From NCBI GenBank assembly GCA_964016885.1, contig OZ024743.1, forward strand, positions 285,076,001 to 285,140,000: DNA of 64,000 bases, written 5' to 3'. A model generated the notes under the pieces. The model was not told the DNA's origin. It saw nothing but the letters and a program-made list of their open reading frames with translations, and made no database searches. The DNA comes from Eledone cirrhosa. Taxonomy: Eukaryota. This document shows, in pieces, positions 53,301-64,000 of this stretch (positions within the stretch are counted from its first letter, which is position 1; the number at the start of each line of letters is the position of its first letter). A program made the position numbers and the translations under genes.

Positions 53301-53714
53301 CCGAGATGCGCGCAGGGCGACGAAACCGTCCTGCACGCACTCGTCCAGTGTCCGAGCATTGCTGACTTGTGGGTTTATGTCGAACACCTGCTGTCACGTG
53401 TATGACGGATCCAGCTATCAGCTGAGTCCATCGTGAGGATTGCCCCGCCCCCTTCCTTTAGCCTGGAAGGGCAGGCAGTTTTTATCTGTCTGGTGGCCAT
53501 GGCGAAAGAGATAGTATGGTGGACACGTTTGAAAGGGCTGAAGACGAGCACTTACCTCTTCGGTGATGCCCTGATTAACTTTTTCAAATTTCATTTGAAA
53601 AGGAAAATCAGGGTAGAGAGGGAAGTGCTCTCTTCCCAGCATTTTGTTGAAAGATGGGTGAGAGAAGCAAGTATGGCCCGAATGAATGGGCCTTCTCTGA
53701 GTATGTGTCTGTAA
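50305..53714 (+). pseudogene. Tx1 copy B ORF2 (APE-RT-zinc finger); RT region open for 671 codons
   Basis: IGSINARGL, GDWNG, SYTDH, AYADD, CPRC..HALVQC; frameshifts in the APE domain and a TGA at 53403. Confidence 0.92.
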
Positions 53715-53956
53715 ATTAAAGGTGGAAAACTGGGAGAGGGCACTTGCCCTGGTGGTCAGGGCCACTGTGGTCTTTTAATGGGCTTTCTCCATAAATGTCC
53801 CTTGGAAGTCTCCCCCCTATTGGGGAATTTTTCTTTGTTATTTTATTTCAACCTCTGTTTTTTTACACGCAGAAATGCCCATTTGTACCGTCCTGTATTG
53901 TCCTGTACTGTCCTTAATGTCTACTTTATGTGAACCCTTGTGGTTAATAAAGAAAA

Positions 53957-54014
<58 letters not shown>

Positions 54015-57000
54015 GTTCTTTGAGTCTCAGTCATTGATGTTAGTTAACTGGAAAGTTTGTTGAAATGAATATCAAACCACTACCTGCAGCCTCAGATATT
54101 CAGGACGTATCGGAGGGTTCTTGCTGTTCCCAGCAAGCATGCCTTTTGAAGTGTTCCAAAAAGCGGGGCGAGGCCAATTTTCTTTAACCATCCCTGGAAA
54201 GTTTTTGAGATAGTACCTAGTGCGCCTATGACAATCAGGACCACTTTGACTTCATGGCAGTTCCAAATCCTTTTTACCTCCCACTTTAAGTCCTGGTATC
54301 GGTTAATTTTCTCCCTCTCCTTCTCTTGCACTCTCGTGTCGAATGGGTAGGCCACATCCACAATCAGGCACGATCTTTTTTCCTTGTCCAAAACCACCAG
54401 GTCAGGTCTATTGTGTTCCAGTTTTTTGTCCGTCTGTATCCTAAAATCCCACAGCACCTTCACCTGATCGTTTTCTATCACCGACTCTGGCTTATGCTCA
54501 TACCACTTCTCAGAATGTGGTAAATTGTTTACTTTGCATAGGTGCCAGTGGATCACCCTGTCCATCAGATCATCTCTCCAGCCATTATACTGAGTCTGGG
54601 CTAGGTGTTTACACTCGGATACAATGTGAGCCACAGTCTCCTCTCTCTCTCCACAGATCCTGCATAGTGGGCTAGCCTCCTCCTTGTAAATATGGTGTTT
54701 CAGCCACTTCATTTTGAGGGCCTGCTCTTGCGCAGCCATTAGCATTCCTTCTGTAGCCTTTTTAAGGTCTCCTCTTTTCAACCAGTTCCATATCTGTGGA
54801 TCTCTGAATTCAGTTTTCTCAAAGAAGGTACTATGAAGGGATTTTTCATGAAGGCTGCTCTTTCTCCTTGTTGTTATTTCCTCCTTGGACACCCCTGGTC
54901 TATTGTCCTCTCCTTCAGTACAATTCTGAGCATTGGCTCCTTACTATCAGTCACGTATTTGTGTAGGTTGTTTTTCTCCATCTGAACACAGTCCTCTATG
55001 CTGATAAGACCTCTTCCACCTTCAGATCTCCTTAAGTAGAGTCTATCGACATCACTCCTTTTGTGGAATATGCTGTAGATAGTCAATAGCTTCCTAGTCT
55101 TCCTATCCATTTCTTTTTGTTCAGCAATATTCCATCTCAGAATTCCCGCACTGTACCTAATAATAGACACAGCTCGGGAATTTACTGCACTTATGGCATT
55201 CCTACTGTTCAGATGTGACTTTAATACGCTCCTTACTCTCCGAATGTATTCAGATCTTATCAATTCCTTCATTTTTTTGTTCTTGATGTCATCAGCCTCC
55301 AGAACACCCAAATACTTGTATCCTTCTTCAGTGTCAATTTCCTTTATCATCTCACCTGTTGGTACTTGGATTCCATTGCTTCTGCTCAATTTACCCCTCT
55401 TCATCACAAGGACTCCACACTTACTAATACCAAATTGCATACATATATCATTGCTGAAAATACGGACAGTGTCAACAAGCACATCCAACTCCTTCTCATT
55501 CTTCCCGAAGGGCTTAAGATCGTCCTTGAAGAGAAGGTGATTGATGGTAAGCTCCCCCTTTCCCAACTTGTATCCTGCTCTCACTTTTCGCAGTATAATG
55601 GTCAGGGGCATCACGTGAAGGACAAACAACAGAGGGGACAGACTATCTCCCTGGAAGATACCTCTCTTGATCTTCACGCCTCCCAAGGATTCTCCAGCTG
55701 ATGTTAACTCTGTTTTCCAGGACTTCATACTTTTGCTCAACAACTGTCTGATGTTATCTGCCACCTTGACGATCTCTAGGCTTTTGGTGATCCAAGAATG
55801 AGGCACCATGCCAAATGCTTTTTTGTAGTCTATCCATCCCATGGCAAGACCAGTGTGTCTCCTCTTGCAAATCCTCATTACCATCTTATCAATAAGTAAC
55901 TGGTCCTTTGTACCACGGGACTTCTTTCGGCATCCTTTCTGTTCGTCCGGTAGCAAGTTGTTTGTGTGGAGGTGATGGTAGATTTCCTCAGACACAATGC
56001 TTGTCAACAGTTTCCACATTACGGACAGACATGTGATAGGTCTATAGTTGGTAACATCATTACCCTTGATTCGGTCTTTCATTACCAGAACTGTGGTACC
56101 TTTTGTCAACCACTCTGGTACCTCACCTGACATCAAGCCATCATTGAACATGGTTGTCAGTTTCGGGTGGAGGGATGTTATATGTTTAATCCAATACCCC
56201 TGCACACCATCTGGGCCTGGTGATTTCCAGTTGGTTAGTTTTTTGGCCTGTCCCTTAAGAGTTTCAACTGTGATACTCAAATCAGTTTGTTGGTGTGCCT
56301 GTTCACTAATCTCTTTTTGTACTGTCTCAATCCACACTGCCTGGTCATTATGTTTAACATCCTGCTCCCATATTCCTCTCCAGAATGTCTTAGTTTGTTC
56401 CGCCTCAGGGATCAAGTCGTTGCCTCTTTCTTTCCCTTCAAGCTGTCCAAACAACATCTTCTGGTTGTTGTCAAACATGCGGTTCTGTCTATACTGACTG
56501 ACTCTGCTCTCGTATCGCCTAATTTTTGCACTCTTTGCTACAATGCGTTGCTTCAGTTCCTCTATGATAATATTTAGCTTTTTCCTCCTAGTTTTGTACT
56601 TTATTTCCATTCTATTTTTAGTGTCTGTGTTTTTTAGTGTCCCATTCAGTAGGGACTCAAGCTTTCCTTTCCAATGTCATTTCTCATTTCCTTGATTTGA
56701 CCCTTTAGTCGTTTCTTCCACCAAGGTTCTGATCTTTCTTGTTTGTTGTTCCCTCTCACTTTTATGCCAAGTAATTTCCTCACCGCATTTGCTGTTGTTT
56801 TGAGGATATTGTTGCACTGGTGAAGGCTCCTCGCCTCAAGGTATGGGATGACTTTGTTTACCTTAGCTGTTGTTTCTTTTAACTTTTTCCTGTCTACAAA
56901 TCTTAGGTTCATAGATTTCCCACTATCATTGTTCATTTCATCTACCACTAAGTTTAGAATATCAACCAAATCTTGTCCTAGCTCGTCAGCATTCATCTCC

Positions 57001-57921
57001 TCAATGGCCGTATCTCTGTTCCAGGTATTATTTATTTCAGCATTCAGATCATTGTCTGCTTCGGATGGTTCTTCCGTTCTCTGAACCTCTTCACCCTCAT
57101 TTCCCACTGGCTCGTTTGCCTGGCATACTCCACTCTCCATTTCCAACCTAATCTCTCTGCTCAGTTCCTCCAGTTCCAGCTCGCTTATCCACCCATTAGT
57201 TCTTATTACTCGAGCCTGCCCGGCCAATTTTTGTTCATCTAATTTAAATAGACCAATCTCGTTCCAGATGTTATGCATCCGTTTCCTATAGCCTTTTTCC
57301 TTGGGGTTACTCTTCAGGTAACATTGTATAACAGTTCTATTCAATTCTTTCGTCCAGTTGGTTCTGGTCCCTTTCCTTCTTCTTCTTCCTCCGACACCAG
57401 CAGTATTTGGTTGACAGCCAGGTCCCTGCTGCTGAGCCAGGGAGCACCTGCTGGGTGAGAGTCTGTCACATGACATTCCAGTCTCCACTTCACCGTTATT
57501 CGAACTGTTTAGGTTCGACATTGAAACACTCTTATCGAGGATTGGTGAATGTATGGTTACATAACCACCGTTGATTTCATCACCTCCGGTGATTTGATCA
57601 CCCCCTGTGATTTTAGGGTGGCACTATCACGTTGTAGACGAACATAAATAAACAAACAAATAGGTAAAAACCCCAAAAAATAAGCAAAAGTTTCATTGTA
57701 ATGTAATGTTTGAATGTCTGACTTAGTTTTTATGCTTGTCTGTCTGTTTGTTTTTCTTTTCTTTTTTCTTTACTTTACGTTTTTCGTTGCTGCTGTGCGG
57801 TTTTGATTTTGATTTTTGTTTTTGATTTTTTGACGGGGTCATTAAATCAGTCTATTTATATCTTTTCATGCCTTCCTCATTTAGTGGGAATACTACGATG
57901 CCTGTCTTAGCAGGAGGTAGT

Positions 57922-57922
<1 letters not shown>
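54015..57922 (-). mobile_element. Near full-length Dong family-1 copy B; single ORF 57521-54092 broken by two frameshifts
   Basis: Myb-like N-terminus; KSPGPDG, YRPITCL, DYKKAF, GIFQGDSLSPLLF, HLLFKDD; CRICGEREETVAHIVSEC; PD..D RLE motif; (TTA)n at 57923-57981. Confidence 0.94.
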
Positions 57923-57984
<62 letters not shown>

Positions 57985-58015
57985 ATAACGTTGTTGTTGC
58001 TGTTATTTCACTCAG

Positions 58016-58402
58016 CTACCAGAAGGTTTTCTAGCAGTTCCCATGGATTCAAAAATATTAAAATGGTAATTAAATACCTTTTGGGCTTTACTATTTGCTT
58101 TTCACGAAAATTACAATTCTCAACAAGTTTCAGATAACTGTTACAAAAGATATCATCATCATCGTCTTCCTTATTACCAATAGTAGTGCTGTTATTGCCA
58201 CAGTCATTGTGTTGCTTTCCATTTTTAATATAATTCCTATGTTTGTGAATGTTGTTTAATAAATGTGAAATTCCAAAAGAACTACAGAACATATTGCAAT
58301 TATGAGTATGGTGATTAAAGAAGAATATTTTAATACTTAATATGTAGACATGCATATGCACACATAGACACGCACACACACGAACACGCACACGCACACA
58401 CC

Positions 58403-58445
<43 letters not shown>

Positions 58446-61400
58446 ACACACACACACACACATACACACACACGCTCACATACACACACACAAACTAATG
58501 AATTCAGAAGATGAAAGTTAAGTTGTAGGACCCTTAAGTGTGATGGCAGAAATGATTAACATCCCAAGATGAGTCAGGTTAAAAGCACACACGCACACAC
58601 ACACACGTGCACACACAGACACACACACATGCATACACACGTGTGCACACAGACACACACAGACACAGGCACACACACACACATGCATACACACTTGTGC
58701 ACACATACACACACACACACACACACATACACACACATATCCAGTAACCCACTCAGCCAACCAATTAGATTGCACTCAAAAGGTTTTTGTTGTTTGTTTT
58801 TTTTTTCCATTGAACACTACAGCATGTGATCACTAGTGTGGAGTAATGAATCTGGTTCATAGGTCATTCTTTTATTCAACAATTATCCTTTTTGATACCA
58901 GCCTGCCTGAAACCTGAAACCACCTCTGCTTCTATAAAACAGAACCACCCATTTTAAAGAGTTTCCTATTTAAATTAAAATCTTCCAACATAATAGCGGA
59001 AGAGCGTTGATACAAATGCTATCTTAACAAAATAATTAGTAATTTTAGTAAATCCTGAGAATCTTCATATAAAAGTAGTCTGGTTGCCATGGAAGATGGG
59101 CTCTGGATGGCACTCTCCCCACCCTCCTACTTTTCAATGGTGCACCTTTAAATTTAGAAAAAAATTATTGCAAATTAGAGTGAATCATATCTGACATTGT
59201 CATCAGTTGTACAATCAAATGTCTACTTTACACAGACACGTGTATCCTTAACATAATTCTCAGAGTGATTCAGCATGATACAGTATGTGAGCAGGCTGAC
59301 CCCTTAAATTACAGGTACAGTCTATCCAACTGGCTTCCAAACAATTTCCACCACCCCTTCCCAATTTCACTCACAAAGAATAGATCGACCTGGGGTAAAT
59401 AATTGTTTCTACTTTAGGCACAAGGCCAGCAATTTGAAGGGGAGTGAAAGTCGATTAAATTGACCCCAGTACTTACTAGTACCTTATTTTATCGACCCCG
59501 TAAGGATGAAAGGTAAAGCTGACCTCAGCGGGATTTGAACTCAGAACGTAAAAGGCCGTAACTCTATGCCGTGAAGCATGGTGTCCGACCTTCAACCGAT
59601 ACTGCCAATCCACAGCCCTATAGTAAATATATAGTCAATAATACTTACCCAAGGTGCCAGGCAGTTGGATTGAACCAGAGACCTATTGATTGCAAAGTAA
59701 ACCTATTAACCAGTCAACCATATTACATCCACAATATGATTGTGTAACTATTTATAGCTTGTTAGCATTAACTATTTAGAGTTAAGTGGGTTGGCTTTTC
59801 TAACCTAGGATAAGGTACAAAGCCATGTTAAGGTATATAGTTGTTAGCTGTCAGGACACTGTATCCTTCAAAACTTCCATTCTTCCCCAAATTTGCCAAC
59901 ACTACACCTGATATTCACCCTCCATACATACGCACACATGTATCTGTATGTATATCACTGTTCACTTTCCTGACATTTGTACTATACATGCACATTTAAT
60001 GAGTTGTAGTGCACCTGAGCACTGTACACAATAATTTTCATTATTATTATTATATATATATAAATGACACCTATGAACTCTTTCACTTGTAATGACTCTG
60101 AAGGTAGAATCTTTTGAAAAATAAGCAATATTGATTTCTAATTTAGGCACAAGACCAGAAAATCTGGGGGAAGAGAAAATTTGACTAAATCAAAACCAAT
60201 ATGCCACTAGTATTTTATTTTATTGACCCTGGAAGGTGAAAAGCAAAGTTGACCTCAGCATGATTTGAGCTCAGAATGTAAAGAGCCAGAAGACATACTG
60301 TAATGGCATTTTTATCTGATACTCTACCAATTCTGCCAATCCAGGGCCCTTAAAAAGTAAGTAATATTACCTTGCCAATAATCTGTTGTATGCAAAGTTC
60401 ATTTCCTGTAAAAATTTAAATTTATAATCAAATTAATCCTCACAGCAAAACTAAGTGGATGACAGTATATTTAGTGCCTGATATATTAAAATAGTTTGGC
60501 AGAATTAGGATGTGCAGTGGGAGAAATATATTTGTCAATGATATTTTCAACAAGTATGGGAGTTAACTCCAAACATTTTTCTGCTTGATTGAATAACATC
60601 AACTTGTCAAAGTGTTAGCAAACAAAAAGAAAACTATTTAAAACTTAAATAAATCAATAGATTTCCATATGATACATTGTAAAATGTACAATTAGCCTTT
60701 GTTGATTTTTGTAAAAAAAATCACATCTTTTATATGATAAAATCTTTATAAGGTGTCTACACCTAAATCACAGAGCACATGGTTCAGGTACACTGAACCC
60801 AAGGAGAGTTTTATGAGACTGAACATCTTGATAGTGTAGATCAAAGTTTCCAAACGTTTTTGGACAGCCAACCTCTTTTTACAAAATATATATCATCAGT
60901 AAAGTTGATAAAAAATTATACATTAAATATTGAATTTTAATTATTATTTTAAAATTATATTTAAGCATTTATTGAATAACTAAAGATGACAGTTTTATGA
61001 CTAACTACTAATTTATATTATATATCCCTTTCTTCCCTCAACACTCCTTGCTTTCTAATGACTCCTTCATCACCCTTTGCTTTCCAGTGCCTCGTTTGAG
61101 TCTCCCAGCACCACCAAGAGGGGTGGTAGTGCCCATTTTGAGAATCACTAGTCTAGTTCTTAAATATAGGTTTTTTCATCAACTTGGCTTTTAACCAAAT
61201 CATTCTAACAATTTTCATAGATATTTATATACATGTGAGAGATTATATCATATGGTAGGTGATTTTTGTGAACAAAGATAAAGATCACATGCGGATCTCC
61301 ATGTAATGTAACAATGAGGTGAGGATGGTTGGTTTAGAAGAAATAGTAAACTTATGATTGATAATACCATAAATGACACTTTTAAATAATTATCTATATA

Positions 61401-63988
61401 TGTCTATGAATGGACATCAGCAAAGAAGAAATACTTTGGCAAATTATCCATAATACTATGAGTGGGCATAATGCTATAGATGGACATTACTAGAGACAAG
61501 AATTATCTTGGCAAATTATCCATAATGCACTTATGATATGGTGATCCTTAACAGAAAACGAGATATTTTGACAAATTACCAAATGTATTTATGTCACAGA
61601 CAACTGTCAGCAGAGAATTATATCTACCCAACTGACATTATTGATAAATTAAACATACATGGTAGAGTTGTTATAACATTGGAGAAAATGGTTTGTGCTA
61701 TTTAGTCAGGTATCTTTACATTCTGAGTTCAAATCTTGTTGAAACCAACTCTTTAGCCTCCATTCTTTTGCGGTTGACAAAATAAAGTACCAGTTGTGTT
61801 CTAAGGTTGATTTATGAGGGTTGGCTGAAAAATTCATAGGCTGACTGTGAAGTATTGATGCTAGATCTATGAAATATCGTATGCATTAACTTCAACTCTT
61901 CCTATTAATAACTGCATTGTTTCTTTCCAGGGACTATGTTGAAAAATAAACCTCATTTGATCATTCCCTGAGAGTATCTTGGAACTTTTCAGCCTATGAA
62001 TTTTTTAGTCAATCCTTGTAATTGTCTCCAGCCTCCTCCAAAATGTGTGGTCTTCTCCTACTTCTAGAAAACAATTATAGAGTCACCTCATTTCTAGTGG
62101 TAAGCTGTAAATAGGTCTGGGATGAAATATATTTTACTCACTTATCTACAGTACCTGTAGTGGAGAGAGCCATTTGAGAATGAATGATGCAGATGACAGC
62201 ACTTGTGGTGTTTGAGTCTTCAAATGGGAGATCAACATTCCTCTGATTATGCCATCTGTAACATATATAGAGATATTTATAAGACAAAACACAGGTTTAA
62301 CGTCAGTTTAAAAAAATAGAATCTAAAAACTAGATGATTGAGTGAAAAATGAAGATTCTTGCCATTTAGTGATGGTGGATTTTGATGTAAACAAAACAGA
62401 TTGAAAAGCTGTTTTAAAACATTGTCAAAATATGTTTTCTTTTATTTGTGTTTATTATTTTCTATTTTGTTTATTGTTAGATATTTTTTTCATTTTATTT
62501 ATTTTTTTATATATTTTCCTTTTATTTACAATGTTTTGCTTCTGTATTCCATTGTCAATGGCAGAAACTATACTGGATATTTCTCAGTACTTAGTTATGA
62601 CTCTCTGTGTTCTAGGATAAAATTCCTCTTGAGTTGTCTTTACCTTTCAGTCTTCTTAAATTGATAAAATAAGTGCCAGCAATATACTGAGACTATTGGA
62701 TAACATCTATGAGCTTGGCTGGTCATGCTTGGGAATCCAGCCAGATCTTTTGGCAATGGTTGCTTCTGACAAGACCCACTGGAAGGAGTGTTTGAGGACT
62801 CTTCCCCCCAAGACCCTCTCAGGAATAAGTGGACGAAGAAGATACCCTACCGTCTCCAATTTTATCAATTTTTTTTATATTTTATATTCTCACTTTTTTA
62901 ATATTCTTCATTAATTTCATTTAATTTCTTATATCGTTTTTCTTTTCATTTGCTTTATTATTTTTTTTTTGTTTGCGTAGTGATTTTTTGTGTTGTCTTT
63001 TGTGTTGTTTGCTTGCCCCTTGGAGAAGTATTTTCCAGATGCAAACTCATGGTCAGTCATGACCAAAAGGGGCCTCTAATTATGTAGGCAGGTAAAATTG
63101 GGAATTGATGTCTCTTTAGTTTAAAGGATAACATTGTTTCACTGGCAATCAAATCTGTTCTTGGTATGAAAACTAAATTTCGTTTATGACTGACAGAATG
63201 TATACTAGCAAGATGGTAATGATCATATAGTTATCGATTAGTTGTAAAATGTCATTATTTAATTTGATAATTTGATAGGGCGGGTGATTGGCAGTATCGG
63301 TAGAGAGTCGAACACCATGCTTTGAAGCATAGAGTTATGTCCCTTTATGATCTGAGTTCAAATCCCGCCAAGGTTAACTTTGCCTTTCATCCTTACGGGG
63401 TCGATAAAATAAAGTACCAGTAATGTACTGGTTAATTGCTGGCCTTGTGCCTAAAATAGAAACAATTATTTAATTTGATAATATTTTTATTTTTTGAAGT
63501 TAATACAACTCAGTTTGATACTTCATTGATTTGTTGCTTATTTACAAGATCTGTGATGCTGAACACTTCTACAGGATCTGTGATGCTGCACACTTCTTTA
63601 CTGATATCTTCACATGCAATCAATTCTTCAAGTCCCAAATTTTCAATATGCTCAGAGGAACAATTACCAATAGCCACAAAGAGCAGTGGATTGGCGGTAT
63701 CAGTAGAACATTGGACAACCTGGTTTATGGCATAGAATTATGCCCCTTTACAATCTGAGTTCAAATCCTGCCAAGGTTGGCTTTGCCTTTCATCGTTATG
63801 AGGTCAATAAAATAAAGTACCAGCAGCAATGCAGTGGAGTTGATTTAATCGACTTGCCCCTCCCCCAAAATTGTTTACCTTGTGCTTAAATCAGAAACCA
63901 ATATTCAGTAGCTATCTGTTGAACACATTTTGTTCTTCAGTTCTCAGGTACTCATTTAACTACATTACTTGAATGTGTTACCAGACAG
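58016..63988 (+). CDS. Candidate + strand exon chain of an unidentified gene: 58016-58065, 60509-60553, 61221-61254, 63941-63988
   Basis: Phase-compatible join [59 protein letters not shown]; exons 1, 3 and 4 have good splice sites, exon 2 is weak. Confidence 0.3.
58078..62255 (-). CDS. Candidate - strand exon chain of an unidentified gene: 62255-62155, 60405-60371, 58281-58078
   Basis: Phase-compatible join [57 protein letters not shown]...KQIVKPK; AG/GT sites of moderate strength. Confidence 0.3.
58360..58740. repeat. (CA)n-rich microsatellites, two blocks
   Basis: Read directly from the sequence. Confidence 0.9.
59400..59617 (-). mobile_element. SINE family A, long subtype, inserted in a CORE-SINE relic; another copy at ~60128-60345
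   Basis: A/B boxes, core and tail as in other copies. Confidence 0.8.
61815..62018. mobile_element. Mariner-type MITE inserted at a TA inside a family-A SINE (~61670-62077)
   Basis: TIRs as at 41800; the SINE core precedes the MITE and the SINE tail follows it. Confidence 0.75.
63278..63900 (+). mobile_element. Two family-A SINEs (63278-63470 short, 63688-63900 long)
   Basis: A/B boxes, core and tail. Confidence 0.85.
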
Positions 63989-64000
63989 GTAAGAATTTGG

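Larger units (their letters stand above)
48083..53957 (+). mobile_element. Full-length Tx1 LINE, copy B
   Basis: Same termini as copy A; (TTA)n at 48038-48082 and 53958-54014. Confidence 0.94.

Overview
AT-rich, repeat-dominated animal genomic DNA; the SINE/LINE/microsatellite make-up suggests an octopod cephalopod (inference). The only host gene I can recognise is the 3' end of DCP1 (mRNA-decapping enzyme subunit 1), on the + strand at about 9.8-15.9 kb. Unidentified candidate exons lie at 32-64 kb. The rest is transposon-derived: Tx1-clade APE LINEs, three R4/Dong-type RLE LINE families, RTE LINEs (one family with a PHD-like finger inside the RT), CRE relics, mariner elements, MITEs, tRNA-derived SINEs, and hammerhead-like folds and palindromes in (TA)n. 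The most striking structure is two compound arrays (1-8032 and 46427-57981). In each, a Tx1 LINE family and an R4/Dong LINE family are stacked in one (TTA)n microsatellite with fixed opposite polarity. All calls were made by eye with no database searches.
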